Made by a program: the position numbers and the translations under genes | NCBI GenBank assembly: GCA_951406725.2 | Contig: OX597814.1 | Coordinates: forward strand, 141,980,001-142,044,000 | Direction of reading: 5' to 3' | Length of the DNA stretch: 64,000 bases | Source: Octopus vulgaris | Taxonomy: Eukaryota | Part shown: positions 24,041-35,702 of the stretch, one piece after another | Position numbering within the stretch: position 1 is the stretch's first letter | Layout: every line of letters starts with the position of its first letter | The notes under the pieces: generated by a model | Seen by the model: only the letters and a program-made list of their open reading frames with translations | Told to the model about the DNA's origin: nothing | Databases searched by the model: none

Positions 24041-25080
24041 GATAGCTTGTTTTTTAGCCATGTGGTCCCCAGTTCAAACCACTGAATGGCATATTGGGCA
24101 AGTGTTTTCTACTGTAACCTTAGGCCTGCCAAAACTTTGTGAGTTGATTTGGTAGGCTGAAACTGAAAGAAACCCTATATACGAGTGTGTGTAAATATGT
24201 ATCCATGTTTTGGCATCACAGAATGGTTGTAAACAAGCATCACTGTCATCTAAGCGTCGTTGTTTGTTTTTAGCCTTCTGTGAAGAACATGTCTCACCAT
24301 GGGGTAATATTATCTTGCTGGGTGACAAGAAGGGCAACTGGACACAGAAAATCTGCCTCAAATTCCATCTGACCCATGCAGACATGGAAAAGTAGATTTT
24401 ACACAATGCTGATGCTGTGTGTGTGCTAGTGCCATGTAAAAGACACCCATACTGGTGCTATGTAAAAGCATCAAGTACACTCTGTAAAGTGGTTGGCATT
24501 AGGAAGGGCATCCAGCCAAAACAGACAACTAGAACCTAAACAGTCCTTCAGCTGGTCAGCTTCTGTTAAACCATCCAACCCATGCCAGCACGGAAAACAG
24601 ACATTAAAAATGATGATGATGATGATATGAAGAGATACTAGTACAATACAAAAGATAAATATATTAATCTCAATCTTGTTCATTCTCTCTCTTTGAATGC
24701 AAACAATAGTAATTAGCCTGATAAACCTAGTTCTTGACAAAGGTTAATACTTCTGAACACAAATACACACTTCATGGACATGAGTTGTATAACTTTAAGA
24801 GACTGCAACTTAATATATTTACATACATGTCTATGCATGTGTGCATATATATCCATATTTAGATAATAAAATAGAAGATGGACAAATGATTGTTAATGAC
24901 ATTAAAATATGTCTGTATCTATTATATATCTCTGGACATATTCTTACCCATTATACACATACCCACATGTATAGATAGATAGATAGACAGATAGATAAAC
25001 TTACTTGGAAATGGATGCGTGGTATTCAATCACATAATAATATAAATAAAATATATATATATATATTTATATGCACATGT

Positions 25081-25328
25081 GGAGGTGCGTGGCTTAGTGG
25101 TTAAGGAGTCAGCATCATGATCATAAGATTGTGATTTCGATTCCTGGATCGGGCGACGTGTTGTGTTCTTGAGCAAAACACTTCATTTCATGTTGCTCCA
25201 GTCCCCTCAGCTGGCAAAAAGGAGTAATGCTGCGATGGACTGGCGTCCCATCCAGCTGGGGAACACATATGCCATAGAAACAGGGAAACCGGGCCCATGA
25301 GCCTGGCTAGGCTTTAAAAGGGCACATT
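25081..25328 (+). mobile_element. tRNA-derived SINE, family C
   Basis: A box TGGCTTAGTGG, B box TTTCGATTCC, GTGTTCTTGAGCAAAACAC, CTGCGATGGACTGGCGTCCCATCCAG; relatives near 19.05, 37.3, 39.8-40.3, 47.65 and 60.5 kb. Confidence 0.88.
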
Positions 25329-25339
25329 TAATTATTTTA

Positions 25340-25680
25340 TATATATGCATATATGGATACAGGATGTCACAAAATGTAAACAACATGAAATACAAAGACA
25401 AACATGGGTATGCGAACAACGAGAAAAACAAATGAAAAACAAGACAAGTAACATAAGGATACTTCATCAGTTGTCAGCTGTTCATCTATCCCACATTTTG
25501 AGCAGTGGAGTAGATGAACAGCCAACAACTGACAAAGGGTCGTTCTTTATGTTACTTGTCTTGTTTTCCATTTGTTTTCCCCACTGTTTGTATACCCAAG
25601 TTTGCCTTCATATTTCATGTTGTTTTCGTATTTCATGCTGTTTACATTTTGTGATGTCCTGTACCCATATATGCATATAT
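25340..25680. repeat. About 340 bp foldback (long inverted repeat) element
   Basis: Left arm atatatgcatatatggatacaggatgtcacaaaatgtaaac...cagctgttcatcta mirrors right arm tagatgaacagcc...gtttacattttgtgatgtcctgtacccatatatgcatatat; spacer about 20 nt. Confidence 0.88.
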
Positions 25681-25965
25681 TTACATGTATATGTACATAT
25701 AAATATACATATATTATTTATATTATTCTTTTCTACTCTAGGCACAAGGCCCGAAATTTTGGGAGAGGGCCAGTCAAACTGACCCCAGTATGCAACTGGT
25801 ACTTAACTTATCAACCCTTGAAAGGATGAAAGGCAAAGTCAACCTCGGCATAATTTGATTTCAGAACATAAAGACAGACAAAATATTGCTAAGCATTTTG
25901 CCTTGGCATGCTAACATTTCTACTAGTTCACCACCTTCTATTTGTATTATTATCATTATTTTATT

Positions 25966-26006
<41 letters not shown>

Positions 26007-26412
26007 CATGCACGCCACACACAAACGTTGGGGTAGATGTGTTTATTTCCCAACCACATTATTCTAGGTTCAGTCTCACTGTGTGGTACCTTGGGCAAGT
26101 GTCTTCTACTCCTGCTTCAGGCTGATAAAAACTTTGTGAATGAATTTGGGAGGTGGAAACTGAAAGAAGCCCCATCATATGTGTGTGTGTGTATTTCCTC
26201 CATTTTGGCATTACATAAAGGCTGTAAATGAGTATCACTGTTATACAAGCAGTGTCATTTTATTTCCATGATTCTGCAAGTATATGTCTAGTCATGGGGG
26301 AAATATTACATTGTTTGGGAACAGGTGAGGTTTGGTGACAGGAAGAGCATCAAGCTATCATAAATCTGCATCAATAAACTCCATTTGATGCATACAAGCA
26401 TGGAAAAGTAAG

Positions 26413-26445
<33 letters not shown>

Positions 26446-27145
26446 GGTATCCTACCCAATCTCTTCCATAAATTATTCCCCCTCCACTAATCATTTCTTG
26501 TATTCCAGCTCTCCTTTGATAACATTTTATTTTTCTTTTAACCTGCAACTGTTTCGTTTGTTGTGCAAAGACTAGAAAGAAATGGGGCAAGCATGATCTG
26601 CTGGATGTGTAACTTTATTGTATAAGAACAAGGAGAAGCATAAATGAGATAAGAGAAACATTGAGTTATATGAAGAATCGGATGCAATGAATAAGAGAGA
26701 AGACTAACAAAATGGACATATGATATAAATGGAGTATGACAGTGGAAGGAACTTGCAGAAGAAGAAGGCCATAAAAATACATGAGAAGAAGTGGTCAAAA
26801 ATAATCACTGGAGATTGGACTTCAAAAAGGAAATGACAAAGGACCACAACAACTAATGAGGCACTGGTGCTGTAGGACTTGTCTTTGGGAACAAAGTGGA
26901 TACAAATCATGATGACAATAATGTAGTTCTAAGCGTCATTACTGCGGGTACATGCCTTTTGACCCTAGGTCAGTATTCATCTAGTAAGGCTTATGATCAA
27001 AGACGTTCTGGCCATTACCATATGTCATATTTTAAAACGAGTGTATCAGAGACTACATAATTCAATGGGTCCTTCTCCTTAATATTTTTCCTTCCAAAGA
27101 CAGTAGAATGGGATTTGAGAGAAATTTAACTGGGTTGCATTTTAA

Positions 27146-27365
27146 CCCTTTCATTACTGTATTTATTTTGAGATGCTCAGTGTTTCTTTCAATTATTTAA
27201 AATATTACAAAGAATTTAGTAAAATAACTTAGTTATCATTAAGCTAGTGTTAGGAACATAAATTTTGACTAAGGGTTGGTGGAAGATTTTAATTCAAAAC
27301 TTATGTAAACAAGACATTTGTACTCAGAGCCAGAGCTGGTTTCAGTCGGGTTAGTAATGAAAGGG
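27146..27365. mobile_element. piggyBac-type MITE
   Basis: TTAA-CCCTTTCATTAC...GTAATGAAAGGG-TTAA; opposite orientation to the copies at 61.3 and 61.8 kb. Confidence 0.9.
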
Positions 27366-28172
27366 TTAAACTGGACATGCAACCAGAAAATGGCTTCCTC
27401 TTTGGCTTGTGTAGCCCTGAGCACATGCACGTGTATAAGTGTGTAATTGATATTGGGTTTAAATACAGATACACAAGTTTATTGTAAAAGTATAGAGGAC
27501 TATTTAACACCCATATACATATACACAGATTCCCCCACAATTCTGTGTGTTTCAAAGATTTCTATGGGAGGATGACTAGTTATTGTTAACTCCATAAAGT
27601 CTCAACAGAATTTACATAATGATGTGTAAATATGTACATATATTTATTTAAATATAGATCTAAGCCTTTATGCATGCATTCATGAGCATGTGAGAATATG
27701 TAAATGTGAGCATTGTTGTATGTGATTATGTATGTGCATGAGAGAGAGAAAGAGATAATGCTTATATCATCTTCATATGAGGATCATCATCATCATTCTA
27801 ATGTCCACTTTTCCATGCTTGTATGAGTCAGATGAAATTCATTGTGGCAGATGTTTTATGGCTGAATATGCTTACTTGTCACCTTCATTGATATGGTTAC
27901 ATTGCAACTTGGCTAAGGCACAGATGTATAAAATATAATGAACTTATAATGGAAATATGAGGCAGTGAGCTGGCAGAATCGTTAGCATGCTGGGTGAAAT
28001 GCTTAGTGGCATTTCATCAGTCTTTATGTTCTGAGTTCAAATTTTGCTGAGGTCGAGTTTACCTTTCATCCTTTCAGAATCAACAAATTAAGTACCAGTG
28101 AACACTGGGGCCGATATAATTTACTAGTCCTCTTCCGCCAAGGTTTCAGGCCTTGTGCCTTTAGTAGAAAGG

Positions 28173-28205
<33 letters not shown>

Positions 28206-28733
28206 GAGTGAGAGAGCAGTGCATGCCATCAAAGTGACCCTGGGGTAAAATATACGAAGCCCAGTATACCCATCATGACTACCCGTCTGATAAGGGTACA
28301 CTAGGTACATGCATCACAACTATGTGTGCGACATGGTGATCTTATATGAAGATAAACAGCACATGACCTTGCAGGTGGGGGCCCAGTTAGAATTTTCTTC
28401 TAGTCGAGTAGCCCATCCCACTCAAAAGGTCCCTGAATAAGGATTGTTTAAGGATGTTGAACGAACCACCCATGTTTCCAAAGGTGAATTATCCAAACCT
28501 CTAAGAATTCCTTTAAACACACGTCTATTATGCTCCCCCACTACTTCTGCTTGTGATCAGAGATGCACATATCGTCAGCCACTAAGGGATAAGGTCAACT
28601 GGTTAAGGTCAAATCTGTGGTACTGAGCAAATGTGTGGTATTGAGCAGAATATTTGCTGTAGCCCATCTTTTATAATGAGTGATGCTCCCCCACCACTTC
28701 TACTCGTGATCAAAGATGCACATATTGTCAGCC
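28206..28733 (+). mobile_element. Family E non-autonomous element embedded in (ATT)n
   Basis: Homologous over about 470 bp to the reverse complement of 34201..34765; (ATT)n on both flanks. Confidence 0.85.
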
Positions 28734-29154
28734 TATTATTATTATTATTATTAAGGTGGCAAGCTGGCAGAATTGTTAGCATGCCAGGTGAAATGCTTAG
28801 CAACACTTTGACCGTCTTTACATTCTGAGTTCAAATTCCGCTGAGGTTGACTTTGCCTTTCATCCTTTTGGGGATCAATAAAATAAGTACCAGTTGAGTA
28901 CTGGGGTTGACGGAATCAACTTACTCCCTTCTACCTGAAATAGCTGGCCTTGTGTCAAAATTCGAAATACATTTTATACTTGCCCATTATAAACCCATTC
29001 AATGTATTTTATATACGACCATTATAAACATACATATTTATATATTCTATATAAGGTCCATTTCATTTTCACTATATATTGCAGTAGGAAAGGAAACTCA
29101 GTAATGTTTACCATTTCAGAATTTCTGCATAAGATCCTAAAATATCTCACTCAC

Positions 29155-29257
29155 CTTGTCGCATCCCTGCAATCCAGGCTGGCTTGTCGATTTCCACATA
29201 GTCTACATAAGTTGTGATTTCAATTTCATTATTTTTCTTATGTCGTATACCATATGT
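29155..29257 (-). CDS. GRASP: GRASP-like exon, PDZ middle (TYGIRHKKNNEIEITTYVDYVEIDKPAWIAGMRQ-G)
   Basis: tcctcttttctag| ... CAAG|gtgagt, 103 nt, phase 0 to 1; TYG...T[FY]V..V....PA..AG[LM] is characteristic of the tamalin/CYTIP PDZ. Confidence 0.95.
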
Positions 29258-30561
29258 CTAGAAAAGAGGAAATAGAAATAGTAAGCAGCTGATCACATTT
29301 CATACATGTCACTGGTGGGATTTTCTAAATGACATGCCTAAATGGAAAATTACCTTGAAGTTTTTTTTTTTGTAGTGTGGCCTGCCAGACGATGAGCAAT
29401 GTCTCATGTGACCCACTTCTTGACAAAGGTGGCCCATAACTAACATCATCATCATCATTTAATGTGTATTTTCCATGTTGGCATGGGTTGGATGGCTCGA
29501 CAGGAGCTGACAAAGGTCAGGGGCTGTACAGGTTCCTTAGTCTGTTTAAGATTGGTTTCTATAATTGTATGCCCTTCCTAATGCCAGCCACTTTACCGAG
29601 TGTACTGGATGCTTTTTCCATGGCATCAGCACAAGTGCTTTTTATGTGGCACCATCACTAGTGCTTTTTATGTGGCACCAGCAGTGCCTTTTATATGGCA
29701 CCATTACCAATGCTTTTTATGTGACACTAGAAACAGAGCTTTTCATGTAGCACCAGATTAAGTCATTAAAGATTCTATTTACAGGTGCAAGGATGGCTAA
29801 TGTATAGAGATGACTGATGCACAAACCTGGCTAAGATGCAGGCAAAATTAAGGCACAGGGATTGCTAAAATGTGGACCTAATTGTATGGTTAATAAGTTT
29901 TCTTTGCAACCAAATGGTTTCAGGTTTATGCTCATTCTGTGGTACAGAGGACAAATGCTTTCTATTACAGCTATGAGCTGACAAATGGCTTGTGAGCAAA
30001 ATTGGCAGTCACAAACTGTACAGAATCCTGTTATATCATCAACATCGTTTTTCAACATCCATTCCCCATGTTGTCTTGGGTTGAATGGTTCAACAGGAGT
30101 TGGCAAATCAGGGGGCTGCACCAAGCACCAGTTAGCTGTTCTGGCATAGTTTCTATGACTGGATGCCCTTCTTAGTGCCAATCACATTACAGAGTGAACT
30201 TTGTGCTCTTACACAATACTAGAATGGATACTTTTATTTGGCACTGATATGGGTGCTTTTGCATAGAATTAGCATGCATGCTTTATTACATAGTGCTGGT
30301 AGGAGTGCCTTTTATGTGGCATCAAACAGGTGCTTTTCACATGGTGTTGCAAAAGTGCTTTTCCATGACATCAGTACAGGTGCTTTTTGTGTCACACCTA
30401 TGTATAAATAGCTTCACATAGGAGCCCATAATGAGGTGCTTGAGCACTCTAATCTCATGATGCAATTTTAGAGAAATTTAGTTACTATTTCTAGCAAGCT
30501 AGGTAATGACAAAGAGATTGTCTCGTTGGCTTATGCTGTGCACATATATGTATGTATTTAC

Positions 30562-30705
30562 CTGTAAGGTGAAGCCCCATGATGAATTTGTTCGTATTAA
30601 CTTTATTGTCCTTCTCTTCTTGCTCTCCGTTGGGTCTGTGGTGATTGAGCGATCTCTCTCCAAATAGGTGAGATCTTCCCCTACAGATGACACTTTTGGT
30701 ATCAC
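30562..30705 (-). CDS. GRASP: GRASP-like exon, PDZ start (VIPKVSS...KKRRTIKLIRTNSSWGFTLQ); most 5' exon found
   Basis: ttgtctttacag| ... CAG|gtaaat, 144 nt, phase 0 to 0; R-x-x-x-S-W-G-F carboxylate-binding loop. No ATG, so at least one upstream exon is missing. Confidence 0.93.
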
Positions 30706-32432
30706 CTGTAAAGACAAATGGGATAAGAGTTAAAGTAGTGTCAGCATGTCATATGTGGTGAGTATCAAAAATCTAATTCAAAAATCTTATGTGAAAAATG
30801 TGAAGAAGAAATGACGACATTGGCTCAATGACTAATATTATCATCTTGGCAATTGTAGGAGACAACTGTGGTCATGTTCCAGTGTTGTTAGACCTCTTCA
30901 ACAAAGCAATACACTTACTAAAATAGTAATGAGAAAATTGCTAAACAAATACACAGTATTGTACACATATAGGCATGAAACTTAAGCATAGTTAATAAAA
31001 ACATTTTCTGTGAGAAATCAGTAGTATGACAAAGTACAGTATGTTTATATGCACATGTGCCTGATTATATTGTCTTTTGTCTCTATAAAAGAGTTGGTGA
31101 TTAATGGAATTGCTAAAGATACAAATAAAATTCCTTGTGATGTTTAGTAACATCCTTTTATTGTACTCTGTCTTGAAATCTTGCTGAGGTCGACTTTGAC
31201 TTTTAATTCTTCCAGGTTAATAAAATAAATATCAGGAAGTTGAGTTTTATTGATAATTGCCTCATTCACATTTGAAACACTGATACCTATGTCAGATTTT
31301 GCACTTCTAAACTAGAAATGGTAATAAAATTGGTTGAATATATTCCAGTATGTTACTGCTACTTATTTCATTAAGGAACCAGTGATTTAATATTAACCCT
31401 TTGAAACCCTAAAACTAGAGATGATATTTTTTCACGAAAACAGACAAAAAAACAAAAGTAAAAAGAAAGAAAGAAGTCAGCTCTGAGGAACTAAACATCA
31501 CCATCACATGATCCACTGAGGGGATCCTCTACATGGTTGCTTGACAAGCTAGAAATAGCAGTCAAATAACAAAGTACTTGAAAATCAATTTATAGTACCT
31601 TACTTGATAAGAGGACTAGCAGGTGCACCATAGTGTAATTCATAGTGTGGTTACCTAGCAAACAACAAGCACATGGTTCAAATCCTGATAGCATGTTTAC
31701 TTGTGTTTAGTGTCCTAGGCTGCAGTACTATTGTAATGTCTTTCACTCTTCTGTTCCAACCATCAAAAATGGTTATCATCATCATCACCATCATCCTCAA
31801 ATATCCATCTTTCATACTGACATGGGTTGAGAGCTTCAACTGGATCCAACGAAGTGTATCAAACTCCATTATCTGTTTTGGCATGGTCTCTACAGCCGGA
31901 TACCCTTCCTAACACCAACCACTTTACAGAATGTATTGGGTGCTTTATTCATAGCAGCAACACTAGTAGGGATCACCATATAACTTGAGGGACTAAAAAG
32001 TTAACTCACTCTCACCCCTAAATGAACAGAAGCATAATAGAGAGTGAGCCCGAGGCTATAAAAGAAGACACTGGCCCAAGGTGCTACGCAGTGGGACTGA
32101 ACCTGGAACCATGTGGCAGGGAAGCAAGCTTCTTACCCCACAACTACACCTGATTTCATAATAAAAGAGAGTGGGTGTTGAGAGGATAAAGTCTCACAGA
32201 GACACAATAATTGTTTAAAGCTGTAGAGAAGATACGTCACTACTTTGATTTATATAAGGGTGGGTGGCAGTAACTGGGATGGAACTGGAAAGAGGGATAA
32301 AGATGGTGGTGATAAGATGTCAAAGAAAACCCTCAAGGTCCAAGAATATGAATAGAGGAGGGTGAGGAAAAAAAGATCAGGAAGGGGAAGAGAGTGAGAG
32401 ATGGTTAATGATAGGGGTATAGGTGAATGAAA

Positions 32433-32649
32433 GGCAGTGAGCTGGCAGAATCGTTAGCACACCGGGCGAAATGCTTAGCGGTATTTTATCTGCCATTACG
32501 TTCCGAGTTCAAATTCCGCCGAGGTCGACTTTGCCTTTCATCCTTTCGGGGTCGATAAATTAAGTACCAGTTATGCACTGGAGTCGATGTAATCGACTTA
32601 ATCTGTTTGTCCCCTCTGCGTTTAGCCCCTTCTGGGTATTAAAGGAATA
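32433..32649 (+). mobile_element. tRNA-derived SINE, family B (Meta-domain-like), young copy
   Basis: GAGCTGGCAGAATCGTTAGC...GAGTTCAAATTCC...GCCTTTCATCCTTTCGGGGTCGATAAATTAAGTACCAG; 14-bp TSD ggtataggtgaatg (32416-32429 / 32650-32663). Confidence 0.9.
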
Positions 32650-34146
32650 GGTATAGGTGAATGTAATGAACAGTAAACAAAAATGGAGATATGGATAATG
32701 GTTCATCTAAGTAATAATTTCTGCATTTGTATGTTGTTATCAGAGCCTCCTTGAGAAATTTGGCAATGGAACAACACAGTTGTTTTCAGGTCCTTGAAGC
32801 ATGGAAAATAGATGTATGTTGGTGATAGTAATTAGGATGGTAATGATGATGATGGTATAGTTGATTAGGATTATTATATTGATGAAGATGTTAGTGATGG
32901 GGATAATAATTTTAGATAAACATAACAAAAATAGGAAAAGAATTTGAAGAAACAAATATAACATAATATGTGAGAAAATGAACACAACATGGAAATGTAA
33001 TTCCTCTCCAGGGTCAATTCCAAAAGTCACTAAAATAAATCAAATTACAACACAACAGAATTACCAAAAGAAGAAAAGGAAGGCTGTGATAATTGGGTAA
33101 ATATCTAAAGAAATAAAGATGCATTGTGGTAAAGAAATAGTATGACCTTATTCTACAGACAGTCATAGAGAATGAAAATGGTGCGATTCTCTGAGATATG
33201 AAAATATATAGAAATTAGGAAATTCTTTTACATAAATATATCAACACCGGTTGTCAACACAGACATAAAGATACACACACATATAAATATATATATATAC
33301 AATGGGCTTCTTTCAGTTTCTGTCTACCAAATCCACTCACAAGGCTTTGGTTGGCCTGAGGCTATAGAAGAAGAAATTTGCCCAAGGTTGCATGCAGTGG
33401 GACTGAACCTGGGAACCATGTGGCAGGGAAGCAAGCTTCTTACCACACAGTTACACCTGTCCTGATTTCATAATAAAAAACTAGATTGTGAGGTGTTGTA
33501 CATTTAAATTGGCTGTCAACAATATTATCCAACAGACAATAACATTGTAGTAAAAGATATTGAATAAGTCATCTAACATGCAGGCCTGGAAATTGATATA
33601 TCCATAATGTGGAATGTGAACATGAAGAAGAGTTTTGGTAATAATTATAGGTACAGTGGGAGCAGTGAAATAGGGTGTAGAGAAGATAGTGCCAAAGAAC
33701 TGCCAGCTAACACCTTCCATATGAGAAATTCTGAAGAGGGTAAAGCTTGTAAATAGCAATATTCTATAGAAAATTATTTTCAATAAATTTTTTTAAAAAA
33801 TAAGATATATAACTGCAAATTTATTTAGTATTAAATTTAAAGATCAGCTTTGACAGAACTCTAAATAGATGATGAGGATAATGATGGTGATGAGGATAAA
33901 TAATAATAATAATAATTATAATAATAATCCTTTCTATTACTGGCACATAGCAAGAAAGTTTTTGTGGAGAGGGGGCCAGTCAATTAGATCAATCGCAGTA
34001 CACAACTGGTACTTAATTTATTGACTCCAAAAGGATGGAAGGCAAAGTCAACCTTCGAGGAATTTGAACTCAGGACATAGAGACAGATGAAATACTACTA
34101 AGCATTTCGCCCAGCATACTAACGATTCTGCCAGCTCGCCACCTCC

Positions 34147-34200
<54 letters not shown>

Positions 34201-34201
<1 letters not shown>

Positions 34202-34765
34202 CCCTGATGCAGTACCATGCCCTGATGCAGTACCAGGCAGTGGCTCTCATGACTTCTGATCTTGACTGATTGGAAGTGTTTTCACATACATTATTTTGTC
34301 TTAGTATAAAAGATGGGCTACAGCAAATCTTCTGCTCAATACTACAGATTATCTTGTCAGTTGTTTGACCTTAACCACTTGAGCATATCCCTCAGTGGCT
34401 GACGATATGTGCATCTCTGATCATGAGCAGGAGAAGTGTGAGGGCATCATCGCCATTTATTGAGAGGAGTCTTTGGGGTCTTAATAATTCACCTCGGGAA
34501 TCATGGGTGTTTTGTTCATCATCCTTAAACAATCCTTATTCAGAGACCTTTTGAGTGGGATGGGCTACTCAACCTGAAAAAAATTCTAACTGGGCCCCAC
34601 CTGCAAGGTCATGCACTGTTAATATCATATCACCATGTCCCGCACAAATGGTTGTGATGCATGTGCCTGGTGTACCCCTATCAGACGGGTAGTCATGATG
34701 GATATACTGGGCTTTGTATATTTTACCCCTGTGTCACTTTGATGGCATGCGCAGTTCTTTCACTC
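34201..34765 (-). mobile_element. Family E element embedded in (AAT)n, inverted relative to 28206..28733
   Basis: Same 5' end (GAGTGA..GCATGCCATCAAAGTGAC); 3' end GGTACTGCATCAGGGT followed by (ATT)n. Confidence 0.85.
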
Positions 34766-34803
<38 letters not shown>

Positions 34804-35296
34804 TAATAATAATAACTACAGATTTAGGTACAAGGTCAGCAATTTTGAGAGGGCGGAGGCTGAGTCAGTACCATTGAAACCTGTCCTAGATTGGTACTTT
34901 ATTTTACCAACCCCAGAGGGATGAAAGGCGAAGTTGATGCCCATGGGATTTGAACTGGAAACATTGAGTCCAACAAAATAGTGTTAGGTATTTTGTCTAA
35001 TACTAAGACCACAAAGAGAAGTTAATTATATCAATACAGGATTTGACAGGGTAATATTTCTCAACCCTAAAAAGATGAAAAGTAATGTTGACACACCAGT
35101 GTTTGAGCTCTTAAGGATTGAAACTTGTCAGTTTTAATGTTATAACCAACATTAACACCTTGGCCATTTCACTGCCATTGAATGTTTCTTATTTTTACTC
35201 TTTGCCTGTGCAAAGCACTTTCATAGGTTTGTCCTGAACATCAGCACTTGTTTTTAGACTTCTAGTTAATCTTTGTTTCATATATTCTGAGTAATA

Positions 35297-35702
35297 GGCG
35301 TAGGAGTGGCTATGTGGTAAGTAGCTTGCTTACCAACCACATGGTTCCGGGTTCAGACCCACTGCATGGCACCTTGGGCAAGTGTCTTCTACTATAGCCT
35401 CAGGCCAACCAAAGCCTTGTGAGTGGATTTGGTAGACAGAAACTGAAAGAAGCCTGTCATATATATATACGTATATATATATGTATGTGTGTGTATACAT
35501 TTGTGTGTCTGTGTTTGTCTCCCCAACATCGCTTGACAACCGATGCTGGTGTGTTCACGTCCCCGTAAATTAGCGGTTCGGCAAAAGAGACTGATAGACT
35601 AAGTACTAGGCTTACAAAGAATAAGTCTTGGGGTCGATTTGCTTGACTAAAGGCGGTGCTCCAGCATGGCTGCAGTTAAATGACTGAAACAAGTAAAAGA
35701 GT
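35297..35702 (+). mobile_element. SINE family A, full length
   Basis: Complete head to tail; flanking direct repeat gagtaata. Confidence 0.92.

Noticed and set aside
23620-24061. Val-rich 141-aa and Leu/Thr-rich antisense ORFs
   Set aside because: Triplet-repeat expansion inside an intron; the GRASP exons splice in frame without it.
31599-31643. MNYTMVHLLVLLSSK as the missing start exon
   Set aside because: The phase-0 donor (AAG|gtacta) is weak, the stronger gtaagg donor is out of phase, and the surroundings look repeat-derived.
33481-33783. 100-aa hydrophobic ORF (and the 83-aa ORF at 36324-36575)
   Set aside because: No motif, splice support or homology recognised; this length is expected by chance in AT-rich DNA.
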